62,853 nucleotides of DNA from a virus. Positions 48,950 through 57,737 of this stretch are shown here, one piece after another (position 1 is the stretch's first letter; every line of letters begins with the position of its first letter). The DNA is taken from IMG/VR virus record IMGVR_UViG_3300035047_000236. One strand, 5' to 3'. The notes beneath the pieces were generated by a model. The model did no database searches and was not told the origin of the DNA. It was given only the letters and a program-made list of their open reading frames with translations. A program made the position numbers and the translations under genes.

Positions 48950-49068
48950 ACTAGGTCACCAAACGGAAGCTGAATAGATGTACCCGACTATTCGGTTAAA
49001 GGTAGGGTTCTTGCCAGGCATACCAAGTAAGTCCTGGCTTATTACCTTGTTAATTAAAGAGGTGTTTT

Positions 49069-49230
49069 ATGCCGTATGTAAATTGTGTACAATGTGGAAG
49101 ATTGTTCGAAGATGTTTCGGATGACGGGTTAGAATCTTTTTGCCCTTCCTGCCGAGAATTGCAAAACGATGTTATTGCCCAGAGAGAAGCTGAACTTGAT
49201 GACAAATGGGGAATTTACGAGAAAATTTAA
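49069..49230 (+). CDS. Zn-ribbon small protein (not in track)
   Basis: MPYVNCVQCGRLF...FCPSCR, GAGG RBS. Confidence 0.6.
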   Translation: MPYVNCVQCGRLFEDVSDDGLESFCPSCRELQNDVIAQREAELDDKWGIYEKI

Positions 49231-49242
49231 CAGGAGGTAGAA

Positions 49243-49596
49243 ATGAAAGCATTATTAGGTGTATTGTTTGTAATGTCTGTTGTTTTAGCTGGCAGTGAAG
49301 GCCCTTGGTTTCCGTGGATTAATTGTTTGGGGCTTGTTGGTATGGTTGCATTTGTTATACTGTGCAACAAGTATTTACCCAATGAGGAAGACCCTATATT
49401 ATCATTATCATTAGAAGATGGTGATGATGTAATCAATCAGCTCGCAGAGTTGTTTGAAATGGGTTGGGAGATGAGCGAACAGCTGAAGTTCGAAAGAACG
49501 ATGACTTATTGGAAACTGGGTAGCATTGCTCAGCAGACAAGAGAGCTGAACCAGGTCAGTATTGAAATGGCTGAACTGGAAGGTAAGTTTAATTAG
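49243..49596 (+). CDS. Membrane protein
   Basis: Two N-terminal hydrophobic segments, AGGAGG RBS. Confidence 0.7.
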   Translation: MKALLGVLFVMSVVLAGSEGPWFPWINCLGLVGMVAFVILCNKYLPNEEDPILSLSLEDGDDVINQLAELFEMGWEMSEQLKFERTMTYWKLGSIAQQTRELNQVSIEMAELEGKFN

Positions 49597-49711
49597 TTTT
49601 GAGCTTACTAATCGTTTTAGTACTAGTGGTTAATGTATGAGCCACCTCATGTATCAGAATATGTGGTATATGGGGTGGCTAGTAAGTTAATTACTAAACA
49701 AAGGAGGTATT

Positions 49712-50116
49712 ATGGCAAGAGTGTATGTAGATTGTGATGGGTGCCTATTAGGAGGTGCCTTGGATGCGGAATACGAGAAGGTAAAAGAAGAGTATGGTGA
49801 CGAAGTTGCAAATGAGCGGTATTCAGGTAAGTATGTTGATGACTTGCCTCTGAATAAAACTCTTTGGATGAGGCTTCTGGAATTACATACTCAAGGTCAT
49901 GAGTTGGTTCTGTGGACTAACAGGAACCACGACAAAAGCGAGATGACATTCAATAACCTCGCTAAGCATGACATACTTAAATACTTCCAGATGTTCATAT
50001 TTGCAGCTGGGATAAAGGCTGAAATTGGTAAGTGCCACGACGGTGTGGTATTCGATAATGACTTCAGGAATGAAGTTGATTGCCTGGAGTTTAACTACAT
50101 CCATACGTTTATGTAA
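49712..50116 (+). CDS. HAD-superfamily hydrolase
   Basis: VYVDCDGCL, LWTNR, VFDND. Confidence 0.75.
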   Translation: MARVYVDCDGCLLGGALDAEYEKVKEEYGDEVANERYSGKYVDDLPLNKTLWMRLLELHTQGHELVLWTNRNHDKSEMTFNNLAKHDILKYFQMFIFAAGIKAEIGKCHDGVVFDNDFRNEVDCLEFNYIHTFM

Positions 50117-50317
50117 GGAGGTGATAAGTTTTGAGTAACTCAGACCTAATGTTCTGTATAGTTTTCTCACTATACATTTTATTCTGTTGTTTTTAGAAAA
50201 GGAGGCCTAATGAAACCGTTTGATGTTTTCTTGTATTTTATTTCTGCTGCAGCTGCTGTGTTTTTATTTGTATGTGCAACTGTGGTTTATAACCATTGCT
50301 AATAGAAGGAGTAAACA

Positions 50318-50800
50318 ATGACAAAAGAGATTAAACTAACAGAGAGACCTGACTCAGATACACTGACTATTGGGGAACTCTGGGAAGAACTGGCTTTGTT
50401 CTGCAATAGAAGGGCCAATGACAACAAGAGGTATGATGGCAACTATCCGATTGATACTAGAGAGATGCAGATGCCTGCCCTTCACTCTCTGGTTTCAGCA
50501 ATTGAGAAGTTCCACCGTATCCATAGACAGAAACCTGTAATTGTCGCTCCCAGACTTAAGAGGCCTGAACCTTTCAGAGTCTATAAAGTTGTTACCAACA
50601 GCCCAAGTAAAGATGGCTCAAGGCTGGTTAAGTCATATGGATGTAATGGTAAGGAACACTACATTACGTATGATAGAATCTGGTACAATGACAAAGGGAT
50701 TGCCTCAGATGGGGTCCCTAATGTTAAGCCCCCCAAGTTTATTGGAAAATGTAAACACGGTACCGACTGTAAGAACTACGGGTTCTTCACCGACATTTAG
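50318..50800 (+). CDS. Hypothetical protein
   Basis: AAGGAG RBS. Confidence 0.7.
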   Translation: MTKEIKLTERPDSDTLTIGELWEELALFCNRRANDNKRYDGNYPIDTREMQMPALHSLVSAIEKFHRIHRQKPVIVAPRLKRPEPFRVYKVVTNSPSKDGSRLVKSYGCNGKEHYITYDRIWYNDKGIASDGVPNVKPPKFIGKCKHGTDCKNYGFFTDI

Positions 50801-50803
50801 TAA

Positions 50804-50841
50804 TACTTCCGAAGCTGCTGTGGTGAAGTAAAACTAGCAGC
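50804..50841 (+). ncRNA. Repeated H-type pseudoknot motif, copy 1
   Basis: TACTTC-cgaa-GCTGCTG-tggt-GAAGTA-aaac-TAGCAGC. Confidence 0.6.
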
Positions 50842-50878
50842 AATCTAACTATTAATTTTTTATTTAGGAGAAAGTGTT

Positions 50879-51235
50879 ATGAAAAAAGCATTGTTTATTT
50901 TTGTTGTAGTATCAATCGTTTTGGTTAGTACTCAGGCTATGGCCGACAGTACAGTTGATTCACTTTTCAGAGCAACAGCGACACACGACATTACCGATGA
51001 AATTGGAATTGGTTCAAACGGTGAAATGTCTGGAGTTACTGAATTGACCATCAGTCAGTTTATGATAATGACCACGCTCTATATTTTCTCCAGAGAACAC
51101 TGGGAAGTTGCAGATAAATGGAGTGAGGTGCATGATACATATTGTTTGATTTTCTGGGCTGAAACAAAGCAATATGGCGTTTGTGTGTCAGAGAAGGGCG
51201 GCAGAAGGTTTGTTGCCATTGATAGAGTACTTTAG
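50879..51235 (+). CDS. Secreted/periplasmic protein
   Basis: Signal peptide ending AMA. Confidence 0.7.
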   Translation: MKKALFIFVVVSIVLVSTQAMADSTVDSLFRATATHDITDEIGIGSNGEMSGVTELTISQFMIMTTLYIFSREHWEVADKWSEVHDTYCLIFWAETKQYGVCVSEKGGRRFVAIDRVL

Positions 51236-51416
51236 TTGCATATTATGACACACTCAATTATTAACCAACCAATAAACACAATTCACTTAGTAAATAAAAC
51301 CAACCGTATCTATAAGCGCTATGCGATGACGAACTAACACCCAGTTCAACAATCGTTTTCAGAATGGTTCTGATTGCGTATTTATAGATACATCTGAAAT
51401 TAAAAGGAGAAGTAAA

Positions 51417-52025
51417 ATGAGAACTAACACTAACAAAAACCATGATCCTAACACAATTATGCTAAACTATGAGTTCTGTAATATCCAGGAACTCAAATGC
51501 ATGCTCCTTAAAGGAACAGATTTGGTGTTTGAAAAGATTAAACTTTATGATGAAGCTCCTGCTACCAAAACACCATTTATGGAAGAAGATTTGTTCGGAA
51601 ACGATTTCCATTTGTTTTTACATTCAAGATACAGGGGTGGAATTGGTATTGAAATTAACTTTGATGCCACTCTCAACCGGCTCAGGAAGATTAATCAAGA
51701 TTTAATTTGCCAGGGAATACGGTGTAAATGGAGAGTCGAATACATGAATCTTCGGAACCAGTCCTCTGGAGTTGTTTATAATTTCAGAACAGAGATGGAA
51801 GGTAAAGTCTGTTGTATGTATCTGGAAAATGTAAACGGCAAACACTACACCTCTTTGTCTAAAGAAGAATTTAAAGAGTGTATAGTAGATCTTGCAGATA
51901 TAACCTATACACCATGTTACAAGAAAAATGGTAAAAGAGAACCTGCAGAGAAATGCAGTGCTAGATTTCAAACAGACGAACAGTTAAAAGATATGGACAG
52001 CAGTATAAGAAATGTATGGAATTAA
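51417..52025 (+). CDS. Hypothetical protein
   Basis: AAGGAG RBS. Confidence 0.7.
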   Translation: MRTNTNKNHDPNTIMLNYEFCNIQELKCMLLKGTDLVFEKIKLYDEAPATKTPFMEEDLFGNDFHLFLHSRYRGGIGIEINFDATLNRLRKINQDLICQGIRCKWRVEYMNLRNQSSGVVYNFRTEMEGKVCCMYLENVNGKHYTSLSKEEFKECIVDLADITYTPCYKKNGKREPAEKCSARFQTDEQLKDMDSSIRNVWN

Positions 52026-52035
52026 AGGAGGACTA

Positions 52036-52506
52036 ATGCCGACTAACACAGTCTATGGTGATTTAATCACCCTTGCAGAAAACGGTCATTTCGATGTCAT
52101 AGTGCATGGATGTAACTGTTTCTGTACTATGGGTGCTGGAATTGCCAAACAGATTAAAATGAGGTATCCTGAAGCCTATGAGGCTGATTTGAGAACCTTG
52201 AGAGGTGACATGAGGAAACTTGGTACATACTCTTGTGCTAATGTAAAGTGCGAGAGAACTGGTATCAATTTCACCATTGTCAATGCATATACTCAGTTCA
52301 GGTACGGTAAGGGTAATCATGCCGACGAACTGGCTATAGATGCTGTATTCAAAGCAATTGCTAATGACTTCCATCCCCACAGTAGGATAGCTTACCCCAA
52401 AATTGGGGCTGGTTTGGCTGGAGGCAATTGGGAAAGAATCAGCAGGATAATTAATTATGCACTGGCGGGCAGAATTCACACGCTAGTGGTTTTTGAAAGG
52501 AGGTAA
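52036..52506 (+). CDS. Macrodomain (ADP-ribose hydrolase) protein
   Basis: GDLI...IVHGCNCFCTMGAGIAKQI...NAYTQ...YPKIGAGLAGGNW. ATG 52036 after GGAGG. Confidence 0.9.
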   Translation: MPTNTVYGDLITLAENGHFDVIVHGCNCFCTMGAGIAKQIKMRYPEAYEADLRTLRGDMRKLGTYSCANVKCERTGINFTIVNAYTQFRYGKGNHADELAIDAVFKAIANDFHPHSRIAYPKIGAGLAGGNWERISRIINYALAGRIHTLVVFERR

Positions 52507-52507
52507 A

Positions 52508-52951
52508 GTGAGAATTATTACTATTAACGATGGAATAGACCACATCAACATCTATTCCAAGGGTAGAACTGAGCTGGGAAGATTTCTTTCCAACTTTGCC
52601 CATACCCCTATCAACACGGAGGACGGTCAGTTCGCTTCCATAGAAGGGTATTGGTACTGGCTTGGGTCAGGACATGACGTACTCAGGGAGCTGTACGGGT
52701 TTAAAGCTAAGTCCATGGGTAAGTCTCTTGTAAAGACGAGACACATCCATGAGCAGGAGTTTAAGAGGAAAATATATGCTGCCTGCTGGCAAAAAATATA
52801 CAGCAGGCCGGATATGTTCTCTGAATTTGCCGATTCCAACCTTCCATTTACACATTACTATGCCTATGGCAACAAAATTGTGAATGCTGGGCACACGTGG
52901 GTAGTGGATATGTGGACAAATTTTCGTTCTTATATCAAAAACACCAACTAA
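52508..52951 (+). CDS. NADAR-like (T4 gp30.3-like) protein
   Basis: INIYSK...LSNFAHTP...FASIEGYWYWL. GTG start after GGAGG. Confidence 0.65.
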   Translation: MRIITINDGIDHINIYSKGRTELGRFLSNFAHTPINTEDGQFASIEGYWYWLGSGHDVLRELYGFKAKSMGKSLVKTRHIHEQEFKRKIYAACWQKIYSRPDMFSEFADSNLPFTHYYAYGNKIVNAGHTWVVDMWTNFRSYIKNTN

Positions 52952-52961
52952 GGAGAAACAA

Positions 52962-53147
52962 ATGAAAGACACACTGAACAGTAAAAGAGTAGCTTTTATT
53001 CTGAACATGATGGCTGATGAGGCTGTCAAAAACAACCCGAAAATGAAGAATGAGTCGGTACTTATTAAATCGTCAAACCCATCCATTCCTGCCATTACCA
53101 TCGGGGACATTCGCCTCGCCAAGCATGAGGCGGATAAAAATGGATAG
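52962..53147 (+). CDS. Small hypothetical protein
   Basis: AAGGAG RBS. Confidence 0.65.
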   Translation: MKDTLNSKRVAFILNMMADEAVKNNPKMKNESVLIKSSNPSIPAITIGDIRLAKHEADKNG

Positions 53148-53293
53148 CAAACCTCTTTCACGCGACACAGTTTTAGTCTGGCTACGCCATCCGCTTATTA
53201 ACATCCACTCTGTTAAGACATGCCAGGATGTTGATAACTAGCACCCAGACCAAGTGTCGTTTTTGTTTGAGGCTTGACTGCGTGTTGTATTTA

Positions 53294-53330
53294 TACTTCC
53301 GAAGCTGCTGGGCGAAGTAAAACTATCAGC
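53294..53330 (+). ncRNA. Repeated H-type pseudoknot motif, copy 2
   Basis: TACTTC-cgaa-GCTGCTGG-gc-GAAGTA-aaa-CTATCAGC. Confidence 0.6.
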
Positions 53331-53360
53331 ACTTTAACCACTTAATAAAGGAGAATTACA

Positions 53361-53834
53361 ATGACAACAGAAAACAAAGCCAAAACCTTCGAAGAAAGAA
53401 TCAATGACATCATCAAGGCAGCAGCCGAGCATAATTATTACCCCAACACCAACCAGAATGGATACACCATGGCAACGTGCTATGACTGCCAGCAACGACT
53501 CATAAAAAAGTACGGAGCCGGTAAATGGAGGGCTGCTACCAAAGATAAGAAAACTCCGAACACAGCCTTGGTTCTTACCAACAAGTCTACCGGAGCAAAA
53601 GTTCTGGCATGCCCCTGTGGCTTCAGAAAATCCATTGATCCTGGTGTTAATGTCCGAAAGAATCCTGTTAACAAGACATTTACACCAAAAAAACCTGTGA
53701 GAAAATGTCACACCAAGGGTTGTAACGTAATCCTGCCTGCAGAGAGGAAGATGTTCTGCTACAAGTGCCGACCTGCCGCCAAAAACGTTCCTGCCAAAAA
53801 GGAGGCGCAGCCAGAAGAGAAAGTTATCTATTAG
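53361..53834 (+). CDS. Basic multi-Zn-finger protein
   Basis: CYDC, CPCG, CHTKGC...CYKC. Confidence 0.7.
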   Translation: MTTENKAKTFEERINDIIKAAAEHNYYPNTNQNGYTMATCYDCQQRLIKKYGAGKWRAATKDKKTPNTALVLTNKSTGAKVLACPCGFRKSIDPGVNVRKNPVNKTFTPKKPVRKCHTKGCNVILPAERKMFCYKCRPAAKNVPAKKEAQPEEKVIY

Positions 53835-54006
53835 CTTTACTCATTCCATTAATGACCTCATCTATCTTCTGGTAGATGGGGTCTCTTATGTATATTGTCT
53901 TGACAGGGCCTTACACAATACTTTCATGAAGACCTTGAAGTATAAACCTGGTAAGGCCCTTAATTTCATAAAATCCCGCTGTATATGGTGGGAAAAGGAG
54001 GAAGGA

Positions 54007-54224
54007 TGATTATGAGCAAAAGAAACTCACAGAGAACAGTTGTTGACTATATCAATGATTCTGATGCTTCTAAGCTTTGTACCTGTGTTTCTGATGGGAC
54101 ACCGATGATTACTGGAGAAATGGAACTCTACGGACATACTGGAGATGAAGTGTCCCTTATTTGGGATGAATGGGGTGATTACTACGATGAGAGTTCAGTA
54201 GAATGGCTGGAAGCCAATACATAA
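54007..54224 (+). CDS. Small acidic protein
   Basis: AAGGAGG RBS, start within track ORF 53985..54224. Confidence 0.6.
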
Positions 54225-54245
54225 CCATTCTGAATGTAACAAATA

Positions 54246-54371
54246 AGGCAGATATGCAGTCTTCGAAGCCCATAATTTACTTAGCACTTTAAGTTTATTG
54301 TGGGCTTTTTAGAATGTGTACTTGTGTATCATTCTGTAAAAACCCAATATTTACTTAAAGGAGAAGCTAAC
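54246..54371 (+). repeat. Structured 5' leader, copy 1 (long hairpin plus RBS)
   Basis: AAGCCCATAA...TTGTGGGCTT stem, near-duplicate of 55338-55462. Confidence 0.75.
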
Positions 54372-55301
54372 ATGAGAAAAACCATCAAAGAAACAGTTCG
54401 TGAGGCATTGGAAGTTTTCGGAAGTAATGACTCTACCATTAATGTGGAAGAAATTATGAAAATCACGGGACTTACAAGGAGGCAGGTGTGGGGTGCAATC
54501 CAGAAACTCGATGATAGTAATATGGTGAAAAAAATCGGGAATATTGGAAATCGTAGGTACCAATACATTGGGCATAGTGTGGAAAACATAAGTGTACTGG
54601 AGACTAATCAGGAAGGAGTTTTTCTTCCTTTAATCAAAATTGCACTGAGCACTATGAAGATAAACACAGCTGTACACATCGGATGGAAAACACATGACGG
54701 AGAGGTATTCTGCCTTTGTGGTTCGAACGAGGTTGCAAGAAAAAGAGCCAAAGAAGACAACTTTGATCCGGCCAACTGGCACGAAGTGTCCCCAGAAAAG
54801 TATAAAAATGTGACCTGCAAAAAGTGCATTGCAGCCTGGTATGCAAATAAAACCAGGACAGGAGATGTACATTCAGCCCAGGACTATGTACGGGAAAAGA
54901 TCCGCAGAGACCATATCGAAAGAACGAACAGGAGTGATACCTCATCGTCAACTCCTTCTGATCCCATCCCGTTGGATGATAACATGAAGGATGAACCCAT
55001 TAAAGCGCCCAACTCTTCTAAGTTGTTTAAAGAGGCGGCAGAAAAAGTGGACATTGTCGAGGAAAAGTCTATCAAAGATGGGTTTGAAGATGGTGACATT
55101 TTCAATGTACAAGTGAAACTGGTAAAAATGGGGCAGACGCCGGCAGGCACACATCCTGCATCATACAAATGTAAGTTCTGTTGTTTCAACGGGCATCGTC
55201 CATGTCCTAGAGCCAGTCTTGACCTTGGTGAGGATAGATTCCTTTGCTATGAGGCCGGTCTTGAGTACTACTTCATTGAAGTACTTAGTAAGCAGGGATA
55301 G
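54372..55301 (+). CDS. Winged-HTH plus Zn-binding domain protein
   Basis: VEEIMKITGLTRRQVWGAIQKL, H...LCG...TCKKC, CKFCCF. ATG 54372 after AAGGAG. Confidence 0.7.
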   Translation: MRKTIKETVREALEVFGSNDSTINVEEIMKITGLTRRQVWGAIQKLDDSNMVKKIGNIGNRRYQYIGHSVENISVLETNQEGVFLPLIKIALSTMKINTAVHIGWKTHDGEVFCLCGSNEVARKRAKEDNFDPANWHEVSPEKYKNVTCKKCIAAWYANKTRTGDVHSAQDYVREKIRRDHIERTNRSDTSSSTPSDPIPLDDNMKDEPIKAPNSSKLFKEAAEKVDIVEEKSIKDGFEDGDIFNVQVKLVKMGQTPAGTHPASYKCKFCCFNGHRPCPRASLDLGEDRFLCYEAGLEYYFIEVLSKQG

Positions 55302-55337
55302 TTTGATTGCACATTACATATTTAACCTGTAGTGTGA

Positions 55338-55462
55338 AGGCAAATATATGTCCTCTTAAGCCCATAATTTACTCAGCATATCAAGTTTATTATGGGCTTT
55401 TGAGAATGTGTACTTGTGTACCGTTCTGTAAAAACTAATTATTTATTTAAAGGAGAAGCAAA
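55338..55462 (+). repeat. Structured 5' leader, copy 2
   Basis: AAGCCCATAA...TTATGGGCTT...AGAATGTGTACTTGTGTA...AAAGGAGAAGC. Confidence 0.75.
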
Positions 55463-55903
55463 ATGTTTACTATCACTTTTAGAAGCACAGAAAAAATTGC
55501 CAGGAATAATCCTCATGCCATCTCATTGGCCGATTTGGAAATGTTGGATGTCGTTGAACCAACAGTAGGTGTAAAACAGATTCTGACTTTCTCAAACGGG
55601 AAGGGCGGAAATAGACGTTGTTTTACTAAATACACAACGGTAAAACCAATGTTTGAATACGACCCTTGGAAATTCAAGGTGCGTGTATTTATCCACGGAA
55701 ACAACGGAAGAGTAGAAGATATTTATGAGTATGATAAATGTTTTCCGTTTGGTAGCATGACTGCAATTAACACCGATTTTCTGTGGAAGAAGCTATTCAT
55801 TCCATTTTCCTTCATCAACGGAGAGTTTGTTTTGGATAAAAAGAAACTTAAAAGTAAGAAAACCAGAAAAGTTCCTATTGCCGAATGGTCCACTACACTG
55901 TAG
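55463..55903 (+). CDS. Hypothetical protein
   Basis: AAGGAG RBS. Confidence 0.7.
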   Translation: MFTITFRSTEKIARNNPHAISLADLEMLDVVEPTVGVKQILTFSNGKGGNRRCFTKYTTVKPMFEYDPWKFKVRVFIHGNNGRVEDIYEYDKCFPFGSMTAINTDFLWKKLFIPFSFINGEFVLDKKKLKSKKTRKVPIAEWSTTL

Positions 55904-55997
55904 TGATTCGATTATACAGTAATTAGTGTCCGCTAAATTGTTAATGGGTACTGTAGAGACCTTGAAGTTCATAATATCATAGAGAGGAGGTAAAACT

Positions 55998-56822
55998 ATG
56001 TATTACACAGGAGTTGGTAGTCGAAAAGTCCCTCAGGACATTGCCAGACTGATGACCAGAATAGCTATTAAGCTGGACCTTATGGGTATGACTTTGAGGT
56101 CAGGTGGTGCTGATGGTTCAGATAAGGCATTTGAGAAGGGTGCTGGGGCAAAAGAAATATTCTATGCTAAGGATGCTACTACAGAAGCGATGGAAATTGC
56201 TGCTGATTTCCATCCAGCATGGAATCGTTGCAGTGACTATGCAAAACGTCTACACGGAAGGAATGCATTCCAGGTTATGGGAAGGGAACTTAATCGGCCC
56301 AGCCTTTTTCTGGTGTGTTGGACACCTGACGGGTGTGAAAATCATGTGGAAAGAACCATAAAAACTGGTGGCACTGGTACTGCAATCAGTATAGCAAACT
56401 GGCTTAATGTGCTTGTTATTAACTTAGCCAGAAGAGAAAGTAGAGAACCTTTGGAGGCTTTCGTATGCAGAGAAGATGCTAAACTTCGCACTATTTACAC
56501 CGGGCACTACAGGTATGCTGGCCCTGACAGAACTGATATAACTGTTAAGGGACAGGACCCTATGGGTAAGTTATTTGCTCCAAGCTGGGATATGGTTATG
56601 GGAGTAAAGAAAGGTACTATGACTGAGAAGATGTATATATCTGAGTACCTTAAAATTCTCCGAAATGTGCCCTTTTATGCATGGGAGTGGCTTTGCTCAG
56701 TTGAGGAAAGAACATTCGTTTGTTTCTGCCCAGAACAGGCATTTTGTCATCGGAACATTCTTGCCAACTACATGCTCTCAACCCCCAACAAAAGGATTAA
56801 ATACGGGGGCTGGAGAATCTGA
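55998..56822 (+). CDS. SLOG/DprA-like domain fused to a DUF488-like domain
   Basis: YTGVGSR...LRSGGADGSD.AFE...GGTGTAI, C-terminal APSW...VCFC...FCHR. Confidence 0.75.
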   Translation: MYYTGVGSRKVPQDIARLMTRIAIKLDLMGMTLRSGGADGSDKAFEKGAGAKEIFYAKDATTEAMEIAADFHPAWNRCSDYAKRLHGRNAFQVMGRELNRPSLFLVCWTPDGCENHVERTIKTGGTGTAISIANWLNVLVINLARRESREPLEAFVCREDAKLRTIYTGHYRYAGPDRTDITVKGQDPMGKLFAPSWDMVMGVKKGTMTEKMYISEYLKILRNVPFYAWEWLCSVEERTFVCFCPEQAFCHRNILANYMLSTPNKRIKYGGWRI

Positions 56823-57153
56823 TGGCATATCAAACAACTGATACCCTGTCTAATACCATCACTTGGTTAATAAACACCACCGACTGTTATGAACTGTAGT
56901 AGTTCTTATGCCCCACCCACTTCAGCAGTCGTTTTACATATATCGTTGAACTGCAATAATGCAAAAGGCTAGTGCTCAGGACCATAGAGCACTAGCCTCA
57001 TTGATCTCGTGGATTGCGCCACCCAGTGCCCGTCCGCTGGCTAACCTCTTGGTTCACTTACCTTTATTCTTCCCGCATTACCTCTCTGGTCAAACCCTTG
57101 TTCTCGTCTTACAGAAATTTGAGATATACCTCATGGAGTGGAGTTTTGGAGAG

Positions 57154-57261
57154 GGAGTGTTCTCGGAGACAGTGCTATGAGGGGAGAGCACTGAGTAAGA
57201 GTGTGGAAGAGGGAGAGGGAGAGGGAGATGAGTGGAGTGTTCTCGGAGACAGTGCTATGAG
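57154..57261 (+). repeat. Two exact 28-bp direct repeats GGAGTGTTCTCGGAGACAGTGCTATGAG
   Basis: 57154-57181 and 57234-57261. The 13-bp core recurs at 59874 and 59985. Confidence 0.85.
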
Positions 57262-57362
57262 CAGAAGAACGCTCAGAAGTATGATACTACATTGGTATCA
57301 AAAAGGATCTAGTGGAGGTTCTTTAGATATATATACAATTAATACTACCTAAGGAGGTAATC

Positions 57363-57707
57363 ATGGCAAAAGTCGTCGGTTTTAATGGCAAGGTTGCGAG
57401 AAATCAAAAAACCCTGGTCACTACCGAAGATGGGAAGGTAAAAGCAACTTCCCTCTTTCATTCCAATGAGTGGTATAAAGACCACGGAACCGCATTCGTC
57501 AACTCGGTCATTGAGTATGTCCGTGAGTGCGGAACTGAAGAACAGAAGAAAGAGATTGTACTCCGTGAAAAAATGGGCACTCTTCACCTGTTCCGTAACA
57601 GTGAGCTGTTCAGCAAACGGCAGGCTTCCAAGTTTCTCAGAGGGAGAGGCGTCGTTTATGATTATCTGATGAATAACATCAACAAAACCAACAGAGCTCA
57701 GGCATAA
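57363..57707 (+). CDS. Hypothetical protein
   Basis: AAGGAGG RBS. Confidence 0.75.
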   Translation: MAKVVGFNGKVARNQKTLVTTEDGKVKATSLFHSNEWYKDHGTAFVNSVIEYVRECGTEEQKKEIVLREKMGTLHLFRNSELFSKRQASKFLRGRGVVYDYLMNNINKTNRAQA

Positions 57708-57737
57708 GCCGAGTTAACTACAACAAAGGAGCAGACT

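Noticed and set aside
52990-53050. Hammerhead ribozyme (CTGATGA...CGAAA)
   Set aside because: Stems I and II pair poorly and it lies inside an ORF with a good RBS
57154-57261. Mini CRISPR array (28-bp repeats, 52-bp spacer)
   Set aside because: Only two repeats, low-complexity purine spacer, no cas genes in the window
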